The notes beneath the pieces were generated by a model, which was given only the letters and a program-made list of their open reading frames with translations, had not been told where the DNA came from and did no database searches. DNA of 61,857 bases, the filler included. It is 4 parts of 4 records of this genome, joined end to end, with 100 filler letters (N's around TTAATTAATTAA, not from the genome) between each part and the next. Parts side by side here need not be neighbours in the genome. Positions count along the whole stretch, not along the records: positions 29,732 to 54,185 come from SRR22947725_4147; 3 more parts are not named here. The stretch is one strand, 5' to 3'. The translations under genes and the position numbers were made by a program. Below are positions 40,017 through 51,600 of this stretch, piece after piece. Numbering within the stretch: the stretch's first letter is position 1; every line of letters starts with the position of its first letter.

Positions 40017-41194
40017 CTACTCGAACAGAGGGTCGGGGAGGGTCGCGGGGGCTTGTAACAGACTGACCGACCCGTACTTTGGCGACGCATATTTCTCCCT
40101 GCTCGCAGGCAACTGGGAGGTCTTGGCATGCAAGAACAACTGGTGAATCGCCTCCACACACTCCTTCAGATCGCCCGGCACATACGAGCTATAGTGCGTC
40201 AACGTCCCGCTCCACACCGGCTTGTCCAGCAGAAACAGCCCGAGCACAATGCACGACGCCGCGATCTGTGACGGCAGGAACTTGAGCAGACTGTAATCCA
40301 TGAGCGTCAGCTCCGCAAGATACGACACCAGAAACTCAAAGACGACATCCAGAGATATCTCTGCGCTGGCCGCCTTGATGTATCGACGCAAAAACGTCTT
40401 CGTATTCGGCTGCGTCAGGTCAAACTCCAACAAGCGCAGCAAGTCCTTCTCCATATTCAACACCTCCTCTTTATTGTACGTATTGTCCGTGATGAAGCAG
40501 AACTCCTCCACCTGCGGTGCGTAGATTTCCTCATACTTGGAGGCAACCAGCATGCTGGTGATGCCCACGAGCTGGAGCTTGTTGCGCTTCAAGTCCTTGA
40601 GGGACAGGAGGCGATCGATAAACGCGACCGTCATGAATAAAGTATCGGAAGATAGCCTGTATTCCAGCCCGACCTCCACCAGCCAGTCGACCAGGATCGA
40701 GCGCATGGCCGGGTTTACGTCCGTCTGGACGCTTTCCATGTATGAGCACAACGGGCGCCTTTGACGCTCGCTCACGCGCAAGTTCTCGTAAATCTCCACC
40801 GCATATTCGGCACACGAGCCAATATCGTTTAGATTCGAGTCAATATCAATCCACGGCTGCGCGTGGTACGCGTGGGAGCCGACCTGGGCCGAGCACGGCG
40901 CATCCATTCGATCCAGCAACTGGTCGGCAGGGTGGTCCCTCCGCCCCGACTGCTTCGGGTCATACTGAGCCGCGTTTTCATTCGTTGAAGTGTTGTTGAC
41001 GAGGAGGACCTGGACACGTGGTTGCACATGGGACGCGCGCGTCAGACGTCGCGCTTCTCGGCTACGAACTCGGCGGGAAATTGCGCGAAGCGACGATTTC
41101 AAAATGTGACGTCTCAAATGCAACGTACGTTCTTCGCCGCGCTCACATCGACCTTACTTTGGTTCGAGATGTCTTGGAACGCCTGGCGTTGCAT
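40017..41194 (-). CDS. CYCA: A-type cyclin (exons 41194-41129, 41009-40017; 352 aa)
   Basis: Exon 1 has D-box-like RQAFQDISN; intron 41010-41128 GTACGT..CAG; cyclin box MRSILVDWLVEV, ASKYEEIYAP, FCFITDNTY. Confidence 0.92.
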
Positions 41195-41476
41195 GGTTCC
41201 AATGTTTGACGCCCTCTGAGAGCTCTGTGATGGCGAAAACGAAACTGACTCTAGCGCCCCGGCGACAGCCTCGCAGACATCCAGCGAGGGTGGGGTAGGT
41301 ATCTAAACTACTCGGAGACAAACAGCGGGCGCTTCGTGCTAAAAACTCATGGAAATACGAATGCCGGTCGGGGCAATGCCCGCCCGTTTTGAATGATGGG
41401 GAAACTGCCTTGGAAGGGGCGGGCGGCCAGGGTGGACGAGGCGCCGGGCCTGACAACATGCATGAGCTCTTACAAC

Positions 41477-44224
41477 CTAATCCTGGCTAAAATTCGGGTT
41501 GAGGGCCAAAAGACGTTCCAACTGGACCCGTTTGGCGTAGTCCTTTGCCTCTTCTGCCTCGTGCCGGGCCGGGGTGTCCACGACGAGGAGGACGCCCTCC
41601 TTCCGGATCAGATGGGCCACAATCTTCTCGGCAAGAACGATTTCCTTCACACCTTCCTCGCGCGTGGTGATGGCCCCCTGGGCGACGAGGTAGTCGAAGT
41701 ACCACTTGAGCAGGTCCCGCTGGGCAATGGCAATGACGTTGTCGTCCGGGCCCACCTCCAGCCGCTGGACGGTGTCGGCGTCGGCAGAGGCGTTCTCGAG
41801 CTCTCTGAAGTGGAGCACAATGAGATTTTTCACGTTGTTGAGCTTGGCCTGGGAAACCTTGGTCACCTGCGGCTTGGCGTCGTCCGCGTTGGGTCCTGCG
41901 TTGGCAGGGGCCTGGTTCTCCTCGTCCGGCGCCGCGCCGTCTTCGCCCGGCTGCCGTCCGGCGGCATGGCCAGTGGCATGTCCCGCGGGAGCGTTCATAG
42001 GGAGGTTGAGAGGCGGGAGCGCGCTGCCCATTTCGACAATCTCACCGCCGGCACCCTCGAGCTCGTCAAAGGTGTCGTCGGCCTGCAGCTCGGCGTCCGG
42101 TGACTCGACCTGGACAATGGAGTTTTTCAGCAGCCTGTAAGCTTCCTTCACGTCAGAGCGTTGGACCTCATCCCGCAAATGCAGCCTGGCGAGGGCCTCG
42201 GAAAGACGGACCAGGGCCTCGAGCTGCCTGACGGTGATCCTGTAGGCAGCAGAGGACCCGGGCGCGGCGTCATCGCATCGTAGTCTCTTGTAACTGGCAA
42301 CCAGATGCTTGTGTGCCGCCGCGGAGATCCTGGGCTTGATGCTCCTGGCGAGCTTCAGATAGCACTGCATCCGCTCTGTTGTATACGGCGCGGACATGGC
42401 TGCCCCGGCTCCAAGATGCACAGACAGGATGTGGTTGGCGATCTGCGCGTCCATGATGGGGTCCGGTTCGTCAATCATGACGTGAAGCAGGTCAAATCGG
42501 GATAGAATGGCCGGCGGAAGGGCCACATTGTACTTGAGTGGCTTCGATTTGTCGTATCTTCCTGATGCCGGGTTGGCGGCTGCCAGGATGGAGGTGCGCG
42601 CGTTCAGCGTGGCTTGAATACCCGCCTTGGCGATTGAGATGGTCTGCTGTTCCATGGCCTCGTGGATGGCAACCTGATCCTTGACATCCATCTTGTCAAA
42701 CTCGTCGATGCAGCAGACGCCGTTGTCGGCCAGCATCAGTGCCCCAGCCTCGATGCAGTACTCTCCCGAGTCGGCATCGTTCACCACAGATGCCGTGAGA
42801 CCAGCGGCCGAGGAAGACTTTCCGCTGGTGTACACCGCGCGGGGCAAAAATCCGGCCACATACTTGAGAATCTGGGATTTGGCACAAGAAGGGTCCCCGA
42901 CGATCGCCACGTTGATATCCCCACGCAGCTTGATGCCCTCCTTTGTGGTCTTTTGCACGCCTCCCAGAAGCATCAGGAGCACGGCCCGCTTCACGTCGTT
43001 CTGACCGAACACATTCGGCGCCAGCGACGCCGCCAGGCGGTCGTACAGAGACCGGTCCCTGCGCATCTCCTCCAGCTCCTCCCGCTGCTCCTGGCTGAAC
43101 TGCGCAAGCACGTCCTCCGGCATCTGATCCTCTTCCGTGCGAATATTGATCATGCCCTCCTGGGTCTCCAAAGACTGCGTCCCACACGCGATGAATGCGA
43201 GCTTGTACGTCAGCTCTCTGACGCCCGTCCTCGCGGGACCATTCACCAACCCGGTCACGTTCTCCCCAGAGCCACCCCCGATGTTGGTCCGATCCACGGC
43301 CAACCGACTCTGCAGCCGCTCCCCTGGCGCCGTCAACGCAGCCACGTCCGGGACAACGACCAGGCTACCCGAAAACACCGCCTTATCACCCGGGCGCACA
43401 CTCTCCACCTGAGAGTTCCTCAGGATGACATCGATTGTCCGAGGCAGCGAGCCCGCCGGGACCTCGTCTGGATTTTCCTGCACCTTGACCTTCTGCCAGT
43501 CCACAAATGTACTCTCTTCCACGACAGGCGTCCACTTGTTCCTGTTTCCACACGTATCATTGGGACACACGGTCGGAGACGTGTACTTGAACTGCTGCTG
43601 CACGCCCGACACCATCTGCATGCACTCCAGGCACCGGAACGCCCCGGTGAAAAGCTCTGGCCTAACCTCAGTGGTCCGAGTCACCGTGCCGATGAACTGC
43701 GACAGCGAACCGATCTTATCAGAGCGCAGATTACGGAGCTTTTCATTGTGCCCCAGGTTGTAGAACGAGATCCAGAACTCCCGCTCCGCCCCGTCCTCCT
43801 TGGTCGAGTAGCTCGATCCCAAATGCTGACGGACAAACTCCTTCAACGCGGAACGGAGGTACGGCTCCATGCGGTAATAGGCGTCCGAAATGTCTGCGGC
43901 CAGGTTGGCGTTAAACTCCACCAAGTGCTGGTAGGACACGAACAGGGTCTCGATCTCCCGCTCCTTCATGGTCGCCAGCTGGTCCACATACAGCGGCGTC
44001 GGCGACAGCGAGCCACCCTCGTGCCCGCCATCGGCGCCCCTCGCGTTCCCTACCGGGGTCCCGGAGCCTTGGGAGGACAAGTGATCATCGTGCGCGTGCA
44101 CCGTCCTCTGGTACTCGTTCAGGAAACGCAGGAATAACGCCTGTCGCTGCTCGCATGCTTCTGGTGTTGCAGATATATTGGAGAACGCTGCATCCTGATG
44201 GGCAGCCTGTGATCCGAACTCCAT
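41477..44224 (-). CDS. MCM6: DNA replication licensing factor MCM6
   Basis: Zn finger, EVPAGSLPRT, GDPSCAKSQ, IDEFDKM, SRFD, ITVRQLE; intronless. Confidence 0.96.
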   Translation of the reverse strand: MEFGSQAAHQDAAFSNISATPEACEQRQALFLRFLNEYQRTVHAHDDHLSSQGSGTPVGNARGADGGHEGGSLSPTPLYVDQLATMKEREIETLFVSYQHLVEFNANLAADISDAYYRMEPYLRSALKEFVRQHLGSSYSTKEDGAEREFWISFYNLGHNEKLRNLRSDKIGSLSQFIGTVTRTTEVRPELFTGAFRCLECMQMVSGVQQQFKYTSPTVCPNDTCGNRNKWTPVVEESTFVDWQKVKVQENPDEVPAGSLPRTIDVILRNSQVESVRPGDKAVFSGSLVVVPDVAALTAPGERLQSRLAVDRTNIGGGSGENVTGLVNGPARTGVRELTYKLAFIACGTQSLETQEGMINIRTEEDQMPEDVLAQFSQEQREELEEMRRDRSLYDRLAASLAPNVFGQNDVKRAVLLMLLGGVQKTTKEGIKLRGDINVAIVGDPSCAKSQILKYVAGFLPRAVYTSGKSSSAAGLTASVVNDADSGEYCIEAGALMLADNGVCCIDEFDKMDVKDQVAIHEAMEQQTISIAKAGIQATLNARTSILAAANPASGRYDKSKPLKYNVALPPAILSRFDLLHVMIDEPDPIMDAQIANHILSVHLGAGAAMSAPYTTERMQCYLKLARSIKPRISAAAHKHLVASYKRLRCDDAAPGSSAAYRITVRQLEALVRLSEALARLHLRDEVQRSDVKEAYRLLKNSIVQVESPDAELQADDTFDELEGAGGEIVEMGSALPPLNLPMNAPAGHATGHAAGRQPGEDGAAPDEENQAPANAGPNADDAKPQVTKVSQAKLNNVKNLIVLHFRELENASADADTVQRLEVGPDDNVIAIAQRDLLKWYFDYLVAQGAITTREEGVKEIVLAEKIVAHLIRKEGVLLVVDTPARHEAEEAKDYAKRVQLERLLALNPNFSQD

Positions 44225-44232
44225 GGCGGATT

Positions 44233-44261
44233 TTTGAAATTCCCCCCCCGCGAAATTTGAA
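44233..44261. promoter_or_regulatory. E2F-like site flanked by two CHR-like TTTGAA elements at the MCM6 start
   Basis: TTTGAA 44233-44238, CCGCGAAA 44248-44255, TTTGAA 44256-44261. Confidence 0.55.
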
Positions 44262-44617
44262 TTACGAACGGCAAATTGCAGACTCGTCGAGCACCTCTTC
44301 GGAGACCGCGCACGCTCGTACGTTACTGCTTGTCAATCAAGCGTAAACACCAGCGAATGACTCGAAATTAAAAGTCCCCTCAGTGACGTTCAGAGTCTGT
44401 CCAAACGTGTTTTCGAGTTTCACGGTTCACGCCTATACGTAGCTGACGTCCCGCTCGGCTTTGGCACGGAACAACGAGAGGAAGTGGGCACAGCGCAAGG
44501 GTGGTCGGCCGAGGCTCCGTTTGGCAAGTCGTGCACGATCCCTGTTCGAGACAACGAGAGAGAGATGATGATGATCCTTCCAGACACGGCCCAAGATAGG
44601 TAGGCCCGAAGGACACG

Positions 44618-47434
44618 ATGAGTTCGCAGCAGCCGTTAACGCAGGGCGGGCATCTGACATTTGGGGATAGTGATGATGACGACGAACTGTTCAACGAGGA
44701 GATGTGCGCGTTGCTGGGTTCCACGGTGGCAACGCTGCGGGGTGGGGCTGGTGGGCCGGACGCACCTCCGCTCCTGCCGCCGGCTGCTGTTGCGCCCCAA
44801 GCGCCTCCCCTGGCACCCCAAGAGGGTCCGCGAGGCGCAGCGCTGCAGCCGCAGCCTGCTGGGTTGAAGTGGAACGCGGCGGGGAGCTTGGTGCGGGCCG
44901 TGCAGCAGGGGCGGCAACAGGTGGGACAGCAGCCTGGGTTGGGGCTGCCGGGGGCGTTACCACAGCAGCAGTCGTTACCGCAACATGCGGTACCATATTA
45001 TGGGGTGCAACATCCGGCACCACAGCAGCAGCAGCCACCACCGCAGCAGCCACCACCGCAGCAGCTGCAGCAGCAGCGTCCACCGGTACACGTACAACCG
45101 GGCGTACAGACTGCCACCCCGGGATCATCCTTCCAGTCGTATCATCAGTCAAACTCCCACCAGACGCAGCATTCTGCACAAATGACAGAGTTACAGCGTC
45201 AAGTCGAGCAGTACAAGCAGCAGCTGATGTTCGCGCAGCAGGAGCTCAACGAGGTTCGACGGGCACGGCGTGGGACAACGGTGGTGACGGGCAATGCGGG
45301 ACAACAGTACGAGGTTCTGGGGACGGCGATGCATCGTCGAGTTGATCAAACCAAGGAAATCGCTCCCGATGATGGAAAAGGGAATGGAGACTCGCCATCG
45401 GCGAATAACAAACGGCAGCGGGGGCAGCCGACGCCGCCTTCGGTGTCCGTCTCGACGTACAACACGACGAAGGATACGTTGATGAGCATTGTGCCCCGAT
45501 TTATGGGGCAGTTGAAGGTTGGAATCGGGGCAGGGGTGGCTGGGAGCGTTGGCGAAGGTCACCACGTTCACGCAGACTACCACTCGGTGCCCTTGACGTA
45601 CCGGCTAGATCGGTTGGAGCGGGACATCGCGTACTTGAAGCAGTATCGGATCAAGCGGGCGGAGATTTTTTCCATACTGGACGAGCACCAGGATGTGTCG
45701 GGGTCTGTGCTGGTCAACCTGGAGGCCGCGCTGTCCTCTGGAGTGGGGGTCCCTGGGGCTGTTGTTCGGGGTGTGGGCGAATCGGAGACCTGGGCGGCGG
45801 GCAGGAGGCCGAACGTCAAGGACATTACCATCATGCTTCTGTCGGTCCTAACATACGTGCTGGGCACCGACGCGGATATGGTGTTGGACAGATTGGGGAA
45901 GCATGGTGGGGCGAACGGGACAGCGGGTGTGGCCCATCCTGTGTTGTTAGAATACAACACAAATGCGACGGGGAATAGCGCGACGATTGCGGGAGTATTT
46001 CCAACCGAGGTGATGTGCACGTCGACGGGAACCGCGGCGCCGACCGTTGCAACGGCGGGCGGCGCCGGACAGCTCGGCAAACACGGCAACAACGAGGGGA
46101 GTTCCCGGAAAGAAGCGCAGCGGTGCGCCGCGGCGTTCTTCAGGTTTGTCGGGTCGTTTTTCACGGTTCTCAACGAATTTTCTGCCGACTCAAACCTCCT
46201 GGTATCGATGATTGACGAGCTCACCGAGGATGACACTGGCGTCGATGGGGACGCGCAGGGAGGCGCGCCGGGCGCCGGTGACATCGTGCGACCGTCTAAA
46301 AGAGCGATGTCGCGAAACATCCTCCGCACGATGGAGGTCCTATCAACGGCAGAGCCTTCGTCATCCCCCGGACTGTCCCTACCGCCAGGCTCTGCATCAC
46401 CGGCATCAACAGCGGCGTCTCCCGGCGGGTGCGCAATGGAGGCTCTCGCCAAGTTCCTACACGCACTCGCAAGGGTACGGTCAAAGGGTGGCGTGGATAT
46501 TCTGGTCCCCGTACTCCAGTCGAAGCAGCTCGAAAAGGCTCTCCTGGCATATCCTGGTGCGTCAAGGGATGAGCTGATCAAGTTTGTCCTGGTCATGCTT
46601 GAGGACAAACAAACCCTTGCATCTATGGAGCTAGAAGCATCCAAAGAGCTCCAGATACCCCCCTCCAGACGTGCAACCAGCGCCGCCCAGCTCACCCCGC
46701 CCAAGGCAACGGGCGGGATCAGTGGCGTCGCGCGCCCACGACGACACAGCATGCTCAATAAACGGCTCGGTATTGATAGCGATACGAAGTCAGAAGGGGA
46801 CCGTGCTGCGCTGCAGGGAGACCCTTTCTGGGCCAGTCGACTGACGCAGACGATCAACCTGTGCCTGGACCGGCCATCCGCACCGGCCCCCTGGACAACC
46901 GTGCGCCTTTGCCTCGAATTTTTCGCGAGTCTAGTCGAGCGGTCGGCTGAAGCATTGCTCCAAAGCGTCTGTGACTTCAAGCACCTCGAAAAATACAGCG
47001 ACGACGGACGAGAGGTCGAGACGCTCATGCACCACGTCGTTCGCGTTGCGGGCATGGCCGCCGGCGAAGGCAGTCTCCTGCATCCCAACAGCTGCAGCGA
47101 GACGGATGCCGCGGAACAGCGGTCCTACCTGAGACGCTGGCGCATAGTACACGAAAGCCTCGTGCTCCTTCGCGCGCTGCTTAGCAGGGTCCCCGGTACG
47201 GCACGCTGTTTGGCCCTCGAGGATAGCAACGGCGTCCTCTGCGTACTGGAGAAAATTGCCATCGGGTACCCGCTTTCCACCCTCGGCCAGCCCATGCTAT
47301 CCGGCGGACGACTGGCGCTGTGGGTGGACGCGCTGGATGCCGCGTATGGGCGGCGAGGTGGCAGCTGCGACTCGATCGCCAGGTCGGTGAAGGGCGTCAT
47401 TCTCAAGCAACTTGCCCCGATCAGTCATGACTGA
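44618..47434 (+). CDS. Large protein, possible ATRIP/SUV2 homolog
   Basis: 938-aa ORF: acidic N-terminal motif, Q/P-rich tract, coiled coil, helical C-terminus with IVHESLVLLRALL; TGTAA at 47467. Confidence 0.5.
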   Translation: MSSQQPLTQGGHLTFGDSDDDDELFNEEMCALLGSTVATLRGGAGGPDAPPLLPPAAVAPQAPPLAPQEGPRGAALQPQPAGLKWNAAGSLVRAVQQGRQQVGQQPGLGLPGALPQQQSLPQHAVPYYGVQHPAPQQQQPPPQQPPPQQLQQQRPPVHVQPGVQTATPGSSFQSYHQSNSHQTQHSAQMTELQRQVEQYKQQLMFAQQELNEVRRARRGTTVVTGNAGQQYEVLGTAMHRRVDQTKEIAPDDGKGNGDSPSANNKRQRGQPTPPSVSVSTYNTTKDTLMSIVPRFMGQLKVGIGAGVAGSVGEGHHVHADYHSVPLTYRLDRLERDIAYLKQYRIKRAEIFSILDEHQDVSGSVLVNLEAALSSGVGVPGAVVRGVGESETWAAGRRPNVKDITIMLLSVLTYVLGTDADMVLDRLGKHGGANGTAGVAHPVLLEYNTNATGNSATIAGVFPTEVMCTSTGTAAPTVATAGGAGQLGKHGNNEGSSRKEAQRCAAAFFRFVGSFFTVLNEFSADSNLLVSMIDELTEDDTGVDGDAQGGAPGAGDIVRPSKRAMSRNILRTMEVLSTAEPSSSPGLSLPPGSASPASTAASPGGCAMEALAKFLHALARVRSKGGVDILVPVLQSKQLEKALLAYPGASRDELIKFVLVMLEDKQTLASMELEASKELQIPPSRRATSAAQLTPPKATGGISGVARPRRHSMLNKRLGIDSDTKSEGDRAALQGDPFWASRLTQTINLCLDRPSAPAPWTTVRLCLEFFASLVERSAEALLQSVCDFKHLEKYSDDGREVETLMHHVVRVAGMAAGEGSLLHPNSCSETDAAEQRSYLRRWRIVHESLVLLRALLSRVPGTARCLALEDSNGVLCVLEKIAIGYPLSTLGQPMLSGGRLALWVDALDAAYGRRGGSCDSIARSVKGVILKQLAPISHD

Positions 47435-47508
47435 AATTTGTCGTTGTCGTTCGTTGATCGAGCAAGTGTAAGAGTCTCGGTTCCAAAAGGCCTGTCCGGA
47501 CACATCCT

Positions 47509-48639
47509 ATGACTGTCGCTCCAGTGGTCAGGTCCCTCCCGGAGCTCGTGGCCAACGTCCACCGGCTGAGACTGTGCAACCGGATTTTTGAGGTGAGGAG
47601 CCATCACGCCCCGGCAGTGGTTTCGCCGGAACTCGAGCTCAAGTACGGGTCCAAGGCGAGCCAAGAGGTGGTGTCTATCAGGAATCGATTCGAGGAGACG
47701 GCGGTCTTCTACAACCCTGAACGCTCCCGCAAACCCCAGAATTTCGTACGCACACACAAGGAGGGCCAGGCGACCTCCTCCACCCGCAGCGCCGGTGGAG
47801 GAGCTGGCTGCGACTTCTGCGACTTCCAGCGCCTGACCGCAGTCGACACGTTTGGCCGGATCGAGGGCGAGCATGTGACGACGGCCTCAAACCTCTTCAA
47901 ATACATCGGCCCCTACCAGGCGGTTAGCTTTCTGAAGCACAGGCATGATCTGCTGGACTTTTCGCTGGCCGAATTCCAGGACTATCTCAACGTTGGGGCT
48001 CGTTGGTTTCGGGCGGCTGAGGCGGATTGGCGGCAGAGAGGCGGGGACGTTGGGGACCTGTCACCGATGATTCTCTGGAATGGCGGTGAACGTTCAGGCG
48101 CCAGCCAGCGTCACAGCCATATGCAGCTCTTGTTGTCGGCTTGTGGATTTCCCGAGCAAGCTCGCCAAGTGAAGCTGACGAGGCAGTATAACGCGTTGCA
48201 CGGTGACTACGTTTCTGATCTTGTGGCGGCCCATGGCGAGGTCGGACTCGCACACACGTTCGAGTCCGCTTCCGTTTTTGCGTCACTTTGTCCCCTGAAG
48301 AGCAGGGATATCATGGTGGTTGGTTCGAATGGGGTTGAGGACAGGGCGTTTCAGAGGCTCCTGTTTTGTGGGTTGCGAACGCTGATCGATGAGCTCGGCA
48401 GCAGCTCGTTCAACATGGGCATCTATTGTGTGGAGGACCCTGATTCGAAGGTCGAGGGGTTGACGGGAGGGCGGATAATTGGGCGGATCGTGTCCAGGGG
48501 ACAAGATGGATCCACGAGTCTTGCGAGCGACTTTGGTGGCCTCGAAGTGTTTGGGGGCGCCTCGATCGGAGCTGATACACCCTGGTCGGTGAAGGCCGCC
48601 CTTGATCGTCAACTGGAGGAGCTCGAGCTTTGTGCATGA
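47509..48639 (+). CDS. GalT/HIT-superfamily nucleotidyltransferase-like protein
   Basis: CDFC and GASQRHSHMQ (HxHxQ) motifs. Confidence 0.65.
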   Translation: MTVAPVVRSLPELVANVHRLRLCNRIFEVRSHHAPAVVSPELELKYGSKASQEVVSIRNRFEETAVFYNPERSRKPQNFVRTHKEGQATSSTRSAGGGAGCDFCDFQRLTAVDTFGRIEGEHVTTASNLFKYIGPYQAVSFLKHRHDLLDFSLAEFQDYLNVGARWFRAAEADWRQRGGDVGDLSPMILWNGGERSGASQRHSHMQLLLSACGFPEQARQVKLTRQYNALHGDYVSDLVAAHGEVGLAHTFESASVFASLCPLKSRDIMVVGSNGVEDRAFQRLLFCGLRTLIDELGSSSFNMGIYCVEDPDSKVEGLTGGRIIGRIVSRGQDGSTSLASDFGGLEVFGGASIGADTPWSVKAALDRQLEELELCA

Positions 48640-48689
48640 GGTTCCCGAGAACAATTTCAATCGTTACACATTCGTTTTCGGTATTTCAA

Positions 48690-51600
48690 CTACATCTGCG
48701 GCCTCGTTTGGACGACTGTGACGTTATCAGACGCGTCCACAACGCCTTCAATGTCCTGCGGGGCGCCGCCCAGGGCTGCCTCGATGGCGGCTCCGACGTG
48801 GGCCACTTTGGACATGATTTCGCGGGCATACTCGGCGTCAGCCACGATCCTATCGGAGGAGTAGTCCACGACTTCCTCCGTCATCACCGCGGTCGTCACA
48901 GAGTCGTACAACCCAGCCCCGGCATATCCTTCCAGGTCCTCTCCATTGCTATCAGAGCGGAAGATGAGGCTGTCGTCGCGCACAAACATCCCTTTCGACT
49001 TCGAGGGATAAAGCACAATCTGGGGATTGTCCAGATCGTCCTTGCGGGCGGTGAATGCCAACGCCGACCCGGGTACGGTCCCCGAGACAATGGCCTCGCC
49101 GAGGCCGGCAACGAGCTCGATGTAAATTTCAGACTCATCGCCGCTGATTGGGTTGACTGTGTGGATGACGAAGGCATACTTCGGCTGCACTACTTGCTGC
49201 ACCAGCACTGCGAGGGGAGAACAAACGGAACACGTTAGCATAACCACGACGAGGCACCGTCCTGTGACACCCATACGAGAGACCGACACATACCTGCCAT
49301 GGACACGTCGTTAAAGTCAAGTCCGACGCGCTTCGTTGAGGTGTACGCACGCTCATTGTACTTGCTGGCCCAGACCGCCTTGAGGGAGCGGAGTGCGTGG
49401 CACCACGCTTCATCATCCTTCGGGACGGGGATTCCGCTCGACACCATCCCTGCCTCGAGCTCCTTTCGTGCTGCGTCTGGCACGCGCATGCCCATGATGA
49501 TCTCCCTGGCGCGCTCCAGGCCGGTCAGGTCGCCACCATGAACGTCCTTGACGGCTTTCTTGAGCTCCTTCGCCACTTCTTTGTTGGAATCAAGGGCAGC
49601 ATCAAAGCTGCCGAACGGCAGCGCCACCGAAGCTGGGAGGTTGATCCAGTCGGGGAGCTTGTTCCTCAGTCCTGCAAGGTTGCGACTCTTCGCTCCGACA
49701 ACGCCGTCTGCAAACTCGTCCATTCCAACTGCGTACTTCTTGCACCACTTGGGCTTTTGAATCGACAGGTTCTGTGGCAGGGATCCACCATTGGAGTCGG
49801 ACGACGACGCATCCGCCTCGTTCACCTCCTTCCACCTGACAGCCCCGGCGGCGGTGGTGGCCATTGCCACGTACTTTCCATTGAGATCGGCAAGCTGTTC
49901 GAGAGCATCGGCGTCGTAGCAAGCGGCGAACAGAGCCTTGACATTCCTGCAGCGCACAGACAGGTGCGAAAGCACGTCTGGGGCGTCTCTGGAAAGGATA
50001 CCGACGGATCCCTATGGAAAGAGGCAGGGTCGAGTGTGGAGTAAGACTCGGACGTGCGCATGAGAATGCCATAAGGAGGGCACAGAAAAAATGACGCACC
50101 AATGGTGGCTCTTCCTCGCCAGATACATGCGCGGCGAGAAGAATCGTTGGCTCGTCGTACACCGTGTCTGCGACTTCATGCAGGTTGGGCACGACAACGA
50201 GCTTTCCGACGGTTTCCCTCACCGGACTGATAACCTGCCACGATCCCAGATCGGCAGCACGGCGCAGATTCTGCTCGACCGCCGTGAGCACGAGGCTGAC
50301 CGCAAAGGCTGGGCCGCCCCGGACAACCTCCTCGGCAAACAACTGAACAGCCCAGTCGTCGCACCCACAGGCTGTTCCGATGGCATAACTGATGTCTTGG
50401 AGGGAATTGGAGGTGATATCTGAGATTCCAGCCAGCGCACGCTGAATTCTCTCGACAACCGCCATCCCACGCAGGGCCTGGTCTTTGGAGACCCGGCCCC
50501 CACGCTTCACGCTCCCGTCAAGCTCTTGCCACGCTTTCAGACAGTAGCAGATTTCTTCGTTGTCCTCGACCGACAGAGCCAGATTCTGGAGCAATGGCTC
50601 CATGAGGGCCGCTGCCCCCGCCCCGCTCGATCCCGCGCCGCGCTCGGCAGCCGACCTGACGACGTTCTCAAGGGCGAGATCAAGATACATGGTCTCTCTG
50701 TGATCGCCCAATATACCATTGAGTTCGGTCCTGCACTCCACCGCCGCCTCCATCACCGGCAAAATATTCCCAGAGCCTTGCTGCCCGAGAACGTAGCCGA
50801 GGTACGACTTGGACGAGGATGGAATGAAGCCGGAAGCTGCAGAGGCAGACGCCTGAAGGTCGGCACCCGAATGTGTCGCCTTGAGGATGCCCAGGTAGTG
50901 CTCGAAGTCCCGGATCAGTGCATCCTTCTTGTCCGCAAAGAACACAGGAAGGGTAACGATGGCTCTATCGAAGGATTCAAGGCGTTCCCTGTCAATGCCG
51001 TGGTCGGACAGCACGCCCCAATACGCTCCTATGTCGCCGCCAGTTCTTAAGAACGCCAGATAGGCCTCGCAAATGCCAACATCGTCCGGAGTCGTGTTGT
51101 TGTGGAGTTTCTGGTGGAATTCTTCCATCCATGTGCCCTTGACCTCACTGATCTTGTTGCGGTGCATGATGTTCAGGATCTCATCCCTGACCGCCTGGGC
51201 GTTGCCACCCCTCCCAACCGTCGTCAGACAGAGTCTGGCCCACTCCTTTGCCCTTCCCGTCAGTTTCGAATAGACTTCAGAGATCTTGTGCGTGAGGCGC
51301 TCCTGAGCAGCGCCCAGAATACGCGGCTGCGTGTTGTAGTTGCGCTGCCACGTGAGTTGACGGGTGGCACTGTAGCGCAGCCAGACGTATATGGTGGCCA
51401 TGGCTTTTTCCATCGGCTCATATCGGCCTTGCACAACGTCGTCTAGCAGGTCGGCTGCCAGGTTAAACCTGTGCATGAGGGTCCAGCCGCCAGATTTGAC
51501 CTCCGCGTCAATGATCCGCTGCATGAGTTCGTCAGTCTCGACGACAGGCGCCCCCTCGCCTCCGTCCTTCTTTCTTTGGGTCAACGGCGCAACAAAGTCG

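Noticed and set aside
42662..47088. Long antisense ORFs (42662-44137, 45577-47088; also 32934-33965)
   Set aside because: Shadows of real genes in GC-rich DNA with no recognisable motifs.
49235..50100. GWD as a frameshifted pseudogene split over three ORFs
   Set aside because: Two canonical introns (50012-50099, 49208-49293) restore one frame including the catalytic His.
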